A stretch of 64,000 nucleotides of DNA from Phoronis australis (GCA_002633005.1 NMRA01000211.1:626041-690040); one strand, 5' to 3'. Counted from the stretch's first letter, positions 11,264-25,487 are shown. The notes: a model not told the origin generated them from the letters alone. Program-made: numbers and translations.

Positions 11264-12602
11264 CTGCTCACTTGAGAATGTTGATTTATAAACACGCTTT
11301 CGTAGTTTTCTCAGTAAGCCTATGTGAACCGTAAATCAAAAACTGTCCGATAACTATGCAGCTATTGGGTAAGCAGACGACATAAAGGGTCGGAACCGAA
11401 GTTTGAATTTTGAAATTAATTACCAGTAGCATTGCCAAAAGTACTCACAATACCAACACTTCTACTATTGAAAGACTTTGAAAAACGTTTCAATACCGAA
11501 ATTAATATAAATTAATGTTTTTTTTCGCTGTTTTGGACAGTAAAGTAGATGCAAGTATTTCTCGTCAAATTACACTGACCGGAAACTGCAGCAGATAGGT
11601 CAGGAGAGTTCAACTCAGCTCGTAACAATATGCCGGAGTTGCGAATCAGTTGTCTATAATCTATGATCACACTAAAATACTTTAAGGAACTAATGAATAA
11701 TACGTAGTCATTACAAGGTCTGGTGGGTTACTAGTCCTGAAAAGGACTGTTGGGTTGAGTCAAGATTATACACAAAATTCACAAAAAATCGCAACAATTT
11801 CTATCAACTACGAAGGCTGTCTGATTGTTTGATTACCCGCAATATAAACAAGTCACATGCTGCTTAAAAGCACCGCTACCCACTAGCGAAGTGGGGTATT
11901 ACAGACAGCGCCACCTGTTTGCGGTAAAGGCTCGGGTGGGTGGGTACCTTATGCCGCAAAGACCCTGTACTTTAACTGGTTCATTAGACACCAATGTCTT
12001 TGTGAATAAGCGTTCGATGTTAAGCTGAGAAAGTGCATGGTCCGCACCGAGACCGCGCTACTGACTTGGGCGACCGCTAGGCTATCGTGGCACAGCCACT
12101 CGTAAGATATTACACGCGTGTGGAATGAGCGTCAAGATGTGTATTTTAGCTTTGTTGTCTCTAATAGATGTAATTTTGAAATTCTGTGATTTGAAATCTG
12201 CATCCGTCACGTAAGGTAAGTTTCCTGTGGCAACGGACATTTTCGGCGCTAAATGGGGTTCCTGGTGGGGTCTTACGATAGTAATTGGCGTCATGTAATT
12301 AGTTAATGTCAGGAGTAAACGAAGAGATGATACGTTTGTGTTGATCAATTATACATATATTTAAAATGTTCATAAGTCCGTTTTATGCTGTCTTATGTAA
12401 CGTGAATCAAGCCAAATAGATCTATTGTATACGATGTATCAGGTTTTATTTAGCGTGATCAATACACGGCACCGTTTGAATGTCGATGAGTGCACAGCGA
12501 AGAGAAAATTAACAGTAATAAACAATGTTTGATGAACAGAATTCTTATAAGGCCTTCGTGGGACGTACGCGTGCTGTATAAGCTCGGGAAATTACGGATA
12601 CC

Positions 12603-12942
12603 ATGTCTTGTGATTGCATCTCATTCCTCTTAGCCAGTGTTATCATATTTATTGCCTTCAGTGTATCGCTTGAAGTACTTGCATACACTAATTTTCGTAT
12701 AACTTATCACACCCGGCGTCAACGAAGCTCTGGCGCCACCAATGTAACTTTTACCTGCACGTCACAACTTCACTGCGCAGCAGAATGTGAACGTGATACG
12801 CAGTGCGACGCGTTTGCTTGGTGCAGTAGTCTCAGTTTGTGCGAAAAGTATTTTCTGAACTGTTGTCCGAGATCTACATGTATTGAGGAACAGTGGACGT
12901 ACTTTGAAGAGATTGGAGCAACAGAGAGATGGTGTACTCCAG
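12603..12942 (+). CDS. PAN/Apple-F-type lectin gene, exon 1: signal peptide + PAN/Apple domain
   Basis: Hydrophobic N-terminus (ISFLLASVIIFIAFSVS). SQLHCAAECERDTQCDAFAW...C fits the PAN pattern. Phase-1 donor AG|GTAAAT. Confidence 0.8.
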
Positions 12943-15900
12943 GTAAATGTTGACAAGCCTGACCAACTGTTGAAAATGCGTACTGTCCCGCCTCTAAGCG
13001 AAAACCATTCAAAGCAAACACGATTTGTAAGTTATTCAAGTTTGACTGTTTCAAACAATGATCGAAAAACAAATAAAACGGCAATAAACCGTCTTCCGTC
13101 ATACAATGCAACTTTTGAGTAATATCACTTGTGGTTATAAAATTGGCCTCAAATTGTTCCTTGATCAAAATAAGTCATTTTAGTTACTGGGAGGAACTGA
13201 CAGCTCGTTATCGCTTGAGACCAGACTCGTCAAGTTAAAATGACACAGCGTTTGCATTTATTTGCCTAGCATGAGCCCAAGCAAAAAACTAACGAACTCA
13301 TTTTTTTTTTGCAAAAACAAGTCACTTCTCATCCGAGTAAGGAACAAATTGAAAAAATAACTGTAAGTGATCTAAACCAAAATTTAGTTTCTTCGACGGA
13401 ACACGGATTTTAACATGCAATTTTGAGAATACTTCATAAAACCGGAATGTCTTCAAAAAAGGTTCCTACATTGATGACTACGATTGCTCTATTAAATGCA
13501 CGTTCTTGCCTGAACAATTCCTATTTCGTAGAATATTTTATTTAAAAAACTGTTTGTTTACTTTTGGTGTTGATAAACATAAAACTACCAAACTGGGAAT
13601 CCAGTCTAGGTTTCATTGCCTGCATACACGCACATCGCAATGGTTGCCTTCTGCTTGCAACAACACTTTAAAGTCTAGAACGGTAGTTTGCACATATTAT
13701 ACTCGTAACGGTACCCATTGTATGCATATTATGCACATATTCAAGGGAGGGAGATGGAGAGACAGGAAGGGGGAAGTTAAGAGTGGAAGGGAGAGAGTAA
13801 AAGAAGTGGACATCCTATTAGTAATGAGTATACTAACTGCAACTGTGTCGCCAAAAATAACCTATTCGATCTTTAAATGAAGTGAAAAAATACGGGTTTT
13901 GCAGGTGTATATTGTTCGTACTGTGACACTCAAGATGAAAATCAAGTCCGTTATATCATTGACTGAAAACTATTAATCTACGATATCAGCAAGAAAATAT
14001 TTAGTATTTTTACACACAATTTGTTAGTCACATCACGTGACCTATAGTTAAGTCTGAAAAGATCTTCGATTTATTACAGCACAAATTTAATTTATTGTTA
14101 TACCACACAACTCCGTAATCATTGTTTCCCGGACAGATTGTTGACTTGAAAGTAAAACTCAAATTAACTGCGCACAGAATGCAATTGTGTGAAACACATA
14201 CAAGTACATGTAGCATAGTACTACAGCCTGGGAATGCCAACTCCCACACCTGAAAATGTGTTCTGTTATCGGTGCTTGCGACCCCGAGACTAGCCGCGAG
14301 AGTTTGCACTCGGAATTTATGGTTTTCTGCCCGACTGAGTTTTGATGAAGTGTTGTGATTATCAAATCAAACCTAACATCATTGCTTCAGTTTCATTATA
14401 TCATCTTTGGTCATCAAGCGAGACTCTGGAGGTATGGTTCCACATCGTCAGCGATTTTCCGGCAAAATTAATCAACAAACCTGACATTCTTTGTACGCAC
14501 CCACCTGGCCCTGGCCGGAGGCCGGGAATAGTGTGATGACGTAACTTTTGACAAGTTGCTCGTAAGTGCATATGTGTGTTTTGTATGCTTAAATTATAAT
14601 TGTTTTCAGTTGTTTGTATAATAATTTACTTGTACAATGTTTACCTGTGGCCCAGGTGTTTTGTTGTTAATTTGATTTCTGAGCGGCAGTGATTGTTAGA
14701 AGTTTATACTTATACCCATGAAATTTAAAAATGAAAAGTTTATCTCGTAAAAGAATCCCACCCAACACGTTGTGTTACTGCAAGTGTACATTGTACTTGA
14801 CAGTTGTCCAGCTCCTGACAAACTATCCAACGTTTTGAATTTTTTACCGCCATCCTGCCACTTCATCAAAATGTTTCGCTGTTTGACATTTTATCATACA
14901 CTATTATAGTTAACCTCTCGACAGAGCCCCATTTTACCGTTCAACTGAAAAGAAAACACGAGTCGTTTCATGGGTTTTTAAGACACCCGCAATATTCCAG
15001 TGGTCTTAAAAACAAAAAACAGCATCGGGCGCTTTTGGGTTTTACGTTTTCCATCCGACAAAAACGCTGTTGGGACTGTTTGTGTTGGGACAAACATTTC
15101 ACCCTTCCGGTTTGGCATAGACCCAGATACCCCACCTTTTAGCTGAAAGTCCCGCTTTTGAATCCAGTTGTGTCGGTTTCAGTTTTCTAATACTGACATT
15201 TATGCGACAAGCGTTAAAAATAACATTTAATGTCATGAATATTGTTATTTTCCCCGAGTCCAATTTCTTTAGTAACATAACAAGCCAATGTCTCTTGTTT
15301 ACGGTAACCCAAACTATTTTTTACTTTCTAAAGAAAAGAGTTTCAGATTTATATACAACTATAGAAAGTCCTACACTGCAACGTATGTAATGATCTATCC
15401 ACCGCACAATTCAAAGATAGACAAGAGAAGGTTTGCTCATTTTCAGAAAGCCTTTATCAGCAGGCGTTTTCCTTCGAAACTTAGTGTGTTCGAGTTCCTC
15501 CACTGATAACATACTGCAAGTGCCAAGACAAGCTCCCCAGCTACTAATTCTTTCCATGAGGCGACACCACTACCAGTCCACGGATACCGAAAAGCCAAAA
15601 CACTGGCCCGGGACGGCACCTATGAGACCATGAGAGCTAAATACCCACCCGAGACCGATACCGGAGGGGACAAAATACCCACTCGAACTGGCTGCATGAG
15701 TGTCTAACAACTCCTTCTATAGGAGAGTCTACGTGTTTTTGCAACTATACTATTTAACACTTAATTAGTGATTTAGTTTATCGGTTTCCTTCGAGTCCTT
15801 CCTATTCTCTAGTTAAAATGTTTAATCTCTAATGATATTGACTGATACATACAACACAGAACACAGCTTGACTAAACCATAGCATTGAATCTGGCTTGGA

Positions 15901-16386
15901 AACGATTCATTATTAAAGTGTCAGTCAATAAGTCCACCACCAGCAGAACTTATCATCAAATACGAAGATCGGGAAGGACAGGTCTCTTGACGAAAAGATC
16001 GGGACCAGTAAAGCGAAAGATCACGAGAAAGTAGCACTCATTGTATGGTTGATAAGCAGATCAGCTTTGAAATGGTAATGGTTTGTACCAATACCGCTTT
16101 GTTCAACCAATGAAGTAAATGAGTGTCATTAAGCTCATTGACTGAACGAAGGTCAAACCACACATTTCAGGAGCTAAATATAATATTTAAGAAATTTCAT
16201 ATTCTGTTTTTGTGCGAGCGTTGCCTATGTTGCAGGTTGAATAAATACAAAAATGAGCTTTGGAAAGATGATAGTAAAAACTTGATAACTACAATAATAT
16301 CGTTAAAAACTGAACATTAACATTCGTTTCTGCATAATCGAAGAGAAATGAAACCAGCCTCAACGCTGAATCAAATCTGAACCGCT

Positions 16387-16690
16387 CGATATCACAACCC
16401 ACTAGTGAAAGAAAAAACACAGAAAAATCAGGAGTACCAGCTGAGAACCACTCCACGGGTCTCTAGATTGGCGGTTTAGTGCTTATACCACTGCGCTACT
16501 TAGGACCCGATATCTGTGCAATTACTGCCGTATGACGTAACAGTTGGCCGTAAACAGTAATTGCTCATCGGTCGGATGCTCAGTAGCTCAGTAGACCCGC
16601 AATCTGTAGACGTGTGGTTCGATTTCCAACTGCAATTCTTGATATTTCTCCTTGTATTTATTTAATACACTGGTTTTTGTTGTGATATCG
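16387..16690. repeat. Palindromic element with two divergently oriented tRNA-like arms
   Basis: Terminal inverted repeat CGATATCACAAC/GTTGTGATATCG; inner inverted repeat GCAATTACTG/CAGTAATTGC. Right arm has TAGCTCAGT...GGTTCGATT (A/B-box-like). Left arm on the minus strand has TAGCGCAGTGG. Confidence 0.6.
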
Positions 16691-17865
16691 GCCAGTTGTT
16701 GTGCAACCCATTACTGTCCTCGGAAACTTATTGTTCCCACTAGCTGTCATTAAACCATCGATTGCACAAGTTCGACTGACGTATTTTCCGGATTTTTATT
16801 GGAGTACACATACTCAGACAACGGATTTTACGACTAACTTCCTTTGCAGTGCTCTCTAGTGGCCAGAAAGAAGGAATTGCCAATGACAAAATGGTGACGA
16901 TCGGAAATTTCGATCATAAAATAGGAAAACTGCTGATCGACAGTCGTCAAACACACTCGCACACATCAATAAGCTCCCAAAAGTAGCATAATCACAGGTC
17001 ATTCAAATTTAAGTTACTTTTTGGTATAAACGTCCTTGAGCAATTTGAAAGTTACCTGATCCTTCCCTTGTTTTCTTCGCTCACTTGTGTGTGCAGAGCA
17101 ACGAGTGAATGGGGAAACCGACAATCCAGTCTCCTGTCACGTGAAGACAGTGAAATCACTGATGAGTTGTGTGTAGATTCTAAATTTTTTACTTCATTTT
17201 GAAGTTAGTATACGTTTTACAAAGAGAATTTGCGTTTCGCATTAACAAGGTGACGCCATAGATCGGTAGTTTTCGCGTACACAAGATACGGTTGTTTCTG
17301 ACCGACAGTCATCGAAAACGCTCGCACACATACTGCCAGTGCTAAAATGCCATATTCAGGCTTTGTTCAAGTCACTTTCTGACAAAAAAAATCCGTTAGC
17401 TATATGATCGAGACTCGACCTATTCCTCTCTAAAGCCGTTGGTGTACGAGTAAATGAACGGGGTTGAAGAGCATCACGTATTTTGACAATTAAAAAGTTG
17501 TGATGACCGACACATGTTGAGTGGGTTTTTGTTGCTCTAATTTAATTTGAAATGGCTGTTCATTTTGCAAAAAAGGCATTCGTCAAGTAAACATACTCCC
17601 CGGTCAAGTTGTGTGTCGTGCTTAAAATGTTCAATGTTCGTGGAGGATGACTGCTGGGTGTCTTAACGCTGATAAGTAAAACTAAGACATGAAATAAGGT
17701 TAGTTTTCAAATTCTCAGTTTTAATTCGATATGTATTATTTTATCTAGAAAAATGATTATGATCATCGCCGATTGGTTAGCTGCAACAATAAAATTTGTT
17801 TAGATTGCAATAAAATTGCAAAAGAAAAATTCAAAAATATTTTGTTACAGACGTATTGCAAAAAA

Positions 17866-19100
17866 ATCCACACTCCTCGACCCACGATCCCCTCGACCCA
17901 CAACCCCCTCGACTCACCACTTATAATACCCAGTCAGATCCCGCCACTCGATCCACGTCCACAACAAGTACAGCAAGGACAGAAGGCGAGATCGTCCGAT
18001 CTTTCGAAGGTGTCCAAGGGCTTAGCCCTCATCTACTTTACTCTCTCGGCTCCGTCAGGTTATCGACTCACCTTGCGCTTCGCTGGATATGTACAGCTGT
18101 ACAAACCGGCAAAACAAGCAGCAGGCAACCACACGTTTCAAACGCACCATAAAAAGGCGTACATATACTCAAAACAGGAGCAACGCACCTTTTCTGAGAG
18201 AAACGGCAGACGAACCTCCGAAGCACCGAAAACATGCCTATGATCCTTTTGTCTAATAGCAGGACAGGAATGCCGGCGATGGACAGGAATCAGGAGCTAT
18301 TTTTCAGTTTAACGGATCAAAGTACGACTTCAGCTGGCCAGGAAAGTTGGCACGCGAGCTGCCACGCGCTCTGTCTGTACAAGACCTGCCTCCCGTTCAG
18401 TAATGCTAGGACCTCCCTAAAAAGTAAGCCTTCACGAGATTACGGTAGACATTGCCGTGTATTTTAAATGAGAACCCATGACTTTGACTAGATTTTATCT
18501 AGGTCTCAGCGTAGGTCCTAGCGTTACTGAACGCACTCCTGCTGTGCGGGGCGGGAGGGCACACTAACGTCGTGTTTGTCCACACTGTCCCATGCATCAA
18601 AACTCAAATTCGAATTTATTACATCAAGACATGGGCTGTGCAACACTTTAATGTAAGTGGCGGGGGGGNGGGGGGCGTTATCCCTCTAACCCCCTAGCCC
18701 CCTATGCTGTGCCGCTCATGCAAGATTATTTTTCAAAAGAGGTGAAATGCATTAAACGCCTTTGGAATAATTACAATAAAGAGGCAAAATCGGCGACAAT
18801 AAAGCATAAAACATGATGAAATGCCCAACGTTCAACTGAGAATTACATTGATTTTAGCTCAGACAAAACAGTTTTCTTATGTGAATGTGTTTTTCTTTTG
18901 CTTTTATTTTCGAAAATATCGTCGACCTCTGTGTTAAACCACGTGACGGCAGTTAAGTCTAAAAAGAAAGTCCCTCAGCGATGTAATAAGATCATGAATC
19001 ATGTAAATAGCGCAAAGATACCTTTATTGTCACAGGTCATGGGTCGACGGGGTCGTGAGTCGAGGGGTGCCTGGGGTAGAGGGGGGTTTTAGAACAATCC
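17866..19100. mobile_element. Non-autonomous DNA transposon with subterminal CCCCTCGACCC repeats (same family as 34779-36338)
   Basis: Right end GGGGTTTTAGAACAATCC and inverted C-rich/G-rich repeat arrays are shared with 34779-36338. Left end decayed. Confidence 0.55.
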
Positions 19101-19194
19101 CAAAAATCAGAAAATTATGAAAAATTGTTGCAGCATTACTCAAAACAAGATATCAATAAAGTTTTCCTTGTCTTTTACACTTCCCCTCGATCCA

Positions 19195-19385
19195 TGCATT
19201 AAATCTTTAAAGTATACGTTGTTGCATAACAGGATGTAAAGTAACTTTTGATATATAAGATGGAGATTGCTAATTCAGGTAAATGTCCCTACTTTAATCT
19301 AGTGCAGAATACTGAACACATGTTTTTCAATTGCAATGTATTGAAAGGGTTGTTGATAGATGTTGAAGATATTTTGACACTGTCA
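19195..19385 (+). pseudogene. Decayed LINE ORF2 C-terminal zinc-binding (zf-RVT-like) fragment
   Basis: LKYTLLHN...KCPYF...NTEHMFFNC resembles the LINE ORF at 62677-63468. Contains a stop. Confidence 0.55.
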
Positions 19386-19929
19386 CCCAGTATTTTATTT
19401 ATTTACGTAACCACCGCCAGTTGCGTCCAGATTCGTCTGTCTTTAAGTTATTCATGTTGAAATACATTAAAATTACGATATCTAATTTTCAAAAGCAAAA
19501 AGAACCGGACAACATTAAAATTAGAATGTGGGAGAGCCTCAGTGCTGTCATGCAATGAATTTGTTATAATTAAATACATATATTGTTTAGTGTTATTTTT
19601 AGGAAGTGACGAAGTGTGAGAATAAGTGTGTGTGTGTGTTTGCTTGAGAGTGAAAACCTGCCCACTTTTGTTCACCCTTTGAAGTAAGAGGACCTAAGAC
19701 ATGGCTGCCATCTCTACTGGGGACAGTTGAGACCGGGATACTGTCCAAGGCCTGGGCAACCTAGGGACTGAACATGCTCAAACAACCTGATGATAACACT
19801 GAACACACTAGGAAAGCACAAATAGGCACCTTACAAAAATACACAACTGTTGCGATCGTATGCATTAAAAGCTAGAAAGTTGTTCTTTCGTTCTCTTTCT
19901 AGAAATATGGGCCATATCATACTTTTCCT

Positions 19930-21230
19930 GCTGATGCACTCAGGTGTCGGAGTGTACATGATTGTACGAACTTCTGGTTAGTTTGGTCTGGGAACCAGTT
20001 GCTGTGCTTGATGTTTCAGATTTTGAAAGGCTGGTTAATTTTCTTGGGAAATGAGGGACAACATCTGTGTTACTTTCAGTAGCTTCAACTTTATTACTAC
20101 TGCTGATGTCTTGAAACGTTGCTATGCGTTTCTGTGCTCTATGAATTTTTATTCTGTCGGTTCCATGGCAGGACAAATCATAAGACAGCGAAGCAAAGCA
20201 GTTGCTTTCTAGTGTCTTATCTTTACTACCCACGATCCCTCTTGCTAGTCACGGTCCCTCGTGACCTAGCACCATTAGGCAGTATCTTACTACCCACGAC
20301 GCAAATGGCAAGCTGTTAGTTAGCTTCCTGTTCGTTAACACCTGCCCTTGCCAAAATTCTCTTCAGAATTTTCAACGAGATAGCTCTGTTGTACAACTGA
20401 ATTTCCTCAGCACACTGAAGCAATTCCTATAGCTTCAACTTCCTTATTCCATGTGGCTATTTTCCAGACTCCTTCCCAAATTATAATAATGCACTTACAT
20501 TTACTTAACGACTGTCTAATAAAAAAAACACAACATCTTGTGTAATTCATATCATTGGCTGTTACGATCTGATCTCAGAAACTTCTGGAATCCTCACAGT
20601 ACATTGACCACAGCTGATTTCGTCGATAACGGATCCCCACCGCTGCTCACACTGCACCAGTGAGACATAGCACTGGACGCTCAGTCGTCGTCACCGTTGA
20701 TGCCGTCCTCTGTTGGGTGACTCTCTTCGTTTTCGCCCTCTGGTGGGTGACTCTCGCAATGGACGCCCCAATGCTAACAATATTGCTACTCTAAACGTTG
20801 GAACAATAAATAAAACTAAGGTGTGTACAACTCGATAACTTTATTTCTTTCATCGTTTATCATTGCTTCGGTAATCATGTCGTATCGGATATCTGAAAGG
20901 TTACAAGAAAGAAACAGTCTAAGTTACGCGGACTGACTAAACTGTACCATTACGATACCGCTACACCTTGTATAACTAATGTCTACTAGCAAATCTAGGC
21001 CAACACAAACAATAGCCCAGTCTGCATAAAACGTTAAACGGCAGCCAAATGCATACTTACACCGTTTGCCTCAAAAAAAACCGGCCCGGTAATCTATACC
21101 CGGTGTTTAAGAAAACCTAGGAGAGAATAACCAATTGCTGCTTAGACGAGGTTTAAATACTCCGGGTAATACTAGAAATTTGATTGGCCCAGGCAATAGT
21201 CCAAGTTAACGTAACCAATGAAAACAATAC
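19930..21230 (-). mobile_element. Possible LTR retrotransposon 5' remnant (LTR end, PBS-like TGGGG, decayed gag-like region)
   Basis: On the minus strand, AATAAA...TGTTAGCA is followed by TTGGGGCGTCCA near 20772, then stop-riddled coding-like sequence. Boundaries approximate. Confidence 0.3.
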
Positions 21231-21968
21231 CACCGAAAGGGGGTTTGACTAACTCAAGAATTATTCCGAGACAACGCCCTAAACCATATAACTGACGCAC
21301 TACAAGATCAAAAAACGCCACCTCTAGGATAACTGGAAAAACACTATATGCACTGTCTGCATTTACATCCCCTAAAGTACTCAAAACAATGAATTGTGAG
21401 CTTCGGCCCACCGCCTAAATTAATCTCATAACCATTGGGAGTAGCCTGAAATTAAAAAATCTATTTTCTGCAATACAATGGACATACTACAAGATGCCGG
21501 GTCGGAAAAGAGATCAAATAATCAAAGGTAACGTTTTCTCCATAAGTGTTAAAAGGAAACGAAATCCTGTTTTGGTGAATTCGAACAATACTCGTTGTGT
21601 CACCTGCAAGGAGTTTCAAATTCTTTCGCTTGTTATATATCATTATTTTGTTTCAGAGAACTGGATATGAACGTCGCTTTTAGAGGAGAATGCCTCTTAT
21701 TATGCCGAAACCGGCTTTGATCCTTTAAATGATTTTAAATATAGTAACCTCTCAAAATCAAAAGATACCTTTCGCACTCATGTGTACACAAAGGGCACAG
21801 CATTCAATTTTCTGCAAATTCGCCGACGCAATGACACCTTACACATTGCGCCGTTATGAAGTGAAGCTGCCTGGTACAGTTCCACATTTGTATAATTTCG
21901 AGTGCACAGTATTTGTCACTGTACAGGTTTGCTGTACTGAATTTTTTGTTCGTTGTATTATCTCACAG

Positions 21969-22187
21969 GTCGCATATCAAAAGGGAAGCCAACTCAGCAG
22001 TCGAGCAAGCTGAGCCACGAAGTTGATTTTTCGTCCTGGAAAGCTGTTGACGGCATCAAAGACAACAATGCACACAAAGGATCCTGTTCTCATACAAATT
22101 TGGAGGCGAATCCATGGTGGCAAGTTGATTTAGAGGCAGTTTACGGGATTACGCACGTTACGATCACAAACAGAGGCGAAAGTAGAG
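21969..22187 (+). CDS. PAN/Apple-F-type lectin gene, exon 2: F-type lectin domain N-half
   Basis: CAG acceptor, GT donor, phase 1-1, 219 nt. GRISKGKPTQQSS...AVDG...SCSHT...NPWWQVDL...VTITNRGESR. Confidence 0.92.
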
Positions 22188-22398
22188 GTACTAATTTTTA
22201 CGCGCTAAAAACCCGCTTACACTACATTAAGGACGGCAACCGCTCTGGCATGTTTTATTTCTAAGTTGTTTGAGTTTTGTTTATATTGCTTTTACATGTA
22301 AACAATGACTTTAGCATAAAACAAGTTGACCGCATCACCTACATGTACTGATATGCAGCAAAGCGAGGCGTGTTCTGCAGACACAAGACGGCGTGCAA

Positions 22399-24179
22399 TA
22401 GGCGGTGGGCCAGGAACTGTAGGACTTCTAGAGTGAGTGCTTTAGGGGGGAAATTTTATTTTGGTGTTTTTTAATTCATTTACTAGAGCGTTTTCATAAT
22501 TTAAAAAGTTCCCACATATAAAGTTACACATTTTTGAGAAATCTGAGTTTGAAGTTACATAATAATCACCAAAGAGCTTAGTAAACTTTTATTTGTAAAA
22601 ACAACAGTTTTGATCCTTTTTTTAAAACAAGAAATATGGTCCCATCAATGTCATTGTATTGAACAATAATGCACTCACATTACATGTTTTACTATTGTAA
22701 ACTAATTGTAAACAGTGAAATTTAAAAAAATGTAAAGAACACCTAGTGGCAGATATACGAACTAAGTCTGAATGTTATCAAGAGGTTATTCTGGCATTGC
22801 CTTGTGTGGCAACAAAAATAACACGCAACACTTGAGACTTCACAAAATTTGTGCCTCAATGACTGAAACATTGAATAATGGGATAAAATGCATAATACAC
22901 CAGAAATATGTTATACAAAAACAATTTAGTTGAATGATCTCTGCGAATGTGCACACAGAATATAAACATAAGAGGTTATTCTGACAGTGTTTAACAAGCA
23001 GTATGAAACAAATACATGGCAAAATATGTACTTTCTATGACTAAATCAACAAATAAAGTTCACAGCTCACACTTTTTTGATACAAAATAAAACGAAATAA
23101 TGGGGTTGGAGAAGTTGGCGGTCTATTTAGGGTTGACTTGTCAAAGAACTATCCAATGCCATGCAGGCAGTTTTACTACAATTGTCACAACTGCACATTT
23201 CTGTACAGTTTGACTCAGCATTGCAGCACAAACTCAGTTTCTCTGCACACACGTTCCTTTTGTACTTGCAGCATACATCGTTTAGTACTGTCGACGGAGC
23301 TGTGGGCATTGCCATGCAAAGGTCCACCGCCAAGGAGCCAACTATGGCCAATTAGAGTGGGTACAGCACCACTCACTGGTGATTGGCCCGCGTGCAATGA
23401 AGGATCAAACGCTGAGTCCTTGTTTGGAGGAAGACAGGATTAGGCAAATGCTTGATTCAAAACATGTTATAACGGGCTGTGTTCATAAGTGTGTCAGTAA
23501 GTGAATTATTGAACACTAGCCTCAATTCACTTTCGTCTCTCTTAGTTGGGCACAACTGCAACAGTGAGTAGCTTCAACAGTCGTTTCTTAGATTGCCTGT
23601 CCTGATAACTTCATGCACACCAGCTTTCCGAAGAACAGCTTCAAAATCTTGCTTTAGTTTTGAAAGGCAAAAGACATGTCCACATGTTAGAAGCTTTGAT
23701 TCAATGAACTCCTAACAAAGATGTAGAAAAACATCTCTGAGAACTGTGGATTAGTCACTCTTCACAATCTTTGTCTTTCTATTTTTAATAGCATGATGAT
23801 ATGTGGAACTTGGCTTCTTAAGCCACAAGGTCTTTATTTTTGAATTTCATTTGCATATTCAGGCCTCCGGACTGAGCTGTTCCTTGCGATACAAAAATCC
23901 AACTGAAAAAAGCACGCGAACCGTTAACACTAATTTAACATTTGACTCCGCGTGAGTTGAAATGCATTTTTTTTTTCGGACGGTCTTATCAGCAATTGAT
24001 CCACCACCAGCCTAACAACTTTACATGCCGTCTGATTTGTCGCCTAAAAATGTTGACCGTCTAACAATTAGATTTGGAATTTGATTTATAGGTGTATTAT
24101 CTAGCCACATAGAAAGAACTAGGTTGGCCCCCTAAAGTATTCACAAGAATGAATGCTATGAGATCTGGCCCACCGCCTA
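22399..24179 (-). mobile_element. Internally deleted Academ-type DNA transposon
   Basis: TIR TAGGCGGTGGGCCAG at both ends, with CAA/TAA flanks. Internal relic at 23130-23450 reads LPP...P.AP..VL...CCKYK...C...C...CTEMCSC..C (Cys-rich C-terminus). A further isolated TIR lies at about 21370-21417. Confidence 0.7.
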
Positions 24180-25487
24180 TAAAGCTAATGCAATAACGTG
24201 ATTCGTCAGTAATCCAAGGTGATATCTCGTGAAGACTAGTGTGATATCACGTTTTTCGCATAAAATTACCATAGAGCGCTGTTCTGATGTCAAGCTCTCA
24301 CTTACATGTACATTGAAGTTTCCATTAGAACAAGTCGTGTATGGAAAAAAATCCCTTATATTATTTTAATGTACTGTAAACGGGGTTTAGTTATTCTCTG
24401 GTCACTTGAGAGACACCCATGAGTTATTACTATTATTTAGGCACAAGAGACAGAATGACTGTAGAATTTTCAACTTTATTATGGAGAACACGGAAGAACT
24501 AAACGCCCATCAGTTAAGTTTGCTTAAATTACCAAGGCGTGTTGTTGCCATCGAGTAGATCCGGTGTCCAGGCTAACCTGTCTACTCGAGCTGCCGCATT
24601 AACAATCAATATCAGTTGCGATAACAAGAGTTGTAATAATGCAGGTGTCGTTGATGTTAACACAAACAAGAGCAAACTAAATGTCACTTTATTGTCTACG
24701 CACATACTTAGGATTGTGATCCCGCATTCGAAATGGTTTAGCTTTTTGAGCTTTGAATTTTGCGCAAGTGTTTCTGATGTACGAGTGCACGCGCCTATAT
24801 GATTCCGTTATTGGCACAGGCGATTATCCCTTCGTATATGAGCATGGATGCTTCGTGTGTGCCTTCTATGCATTTGTGCCGTGTTGTTATTGATATTTGT
24901 AGTTTTGCTGTGCTTGAACTTGGAATCGTGCGTAATCTCAAGATCGTGTATGCTTGAACTTGGACTACACGAAAAGATGTCAAGTTCACTCAAATAATCA
25001 CGTTCACGTTGATAAAAATTTGCACTGCACTAAATCAAATTACATGTTAATAAAACGATGTAAATTTTAACCAACCTTTTTTCAACTGTTGGCAATCTTG
25101 TTCACTAAGCAATAATTGATTTAACCATTCACATATTCCTCCGATTCGGTGACGAAAGTTACAGCAAAGGAGAAAAAGGGTGATCTTGATGTCAATGACA
25201 ACAAGAATTCTTTTCAATGAAGAAAACTTTCACTTGATTGCCTTAATAAACATTCAGTTCCAAGTTCACGCATACGGGATATAGAAATAACGCAGGATTC
25301 TAGTTTCACGCATAATGGTTTCACTATCATAAGGTTGTAAAAACGTGGTACATGTCTATGACTGCTCGTTTCACAAGTATGCGAACTGCGCCTACTGTTT
25401 CTAAAGTAGACGCTGCTTCATTCTCATCGTGTAGTCTTACCTGTACTTGAGAATTTCAAAGGGACGTGATTAAAACCTTTTTTGTAG

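Larger units (their letters stand above)
8691..11665 (+). mobile_element. P-element-like non-autonomous transposon with THAP remnant and captured cargo
   Basis: Termini CATAGACTATAG...CTATAATCTATG, with a shared subterminal CAACTCCG. Perfect 7-bp TSD ATCACAC (8684-8690 and 11666-11672). THAP ORF 150 bp inside the left end. CAT.. termini, a 7-8 bp TSD and an N-terminal THAP domain are P-superfamily hallmarks. Confidence 0.8.

Noticed and set aside
12545-12596. TATAAG boxes and a kappaB-like GGGAAATTAC upstream of the lectin ATG
   Set aside because: Short, imperfect motifs expected by chance in AT-rich DNA; unsupported without TSS data.
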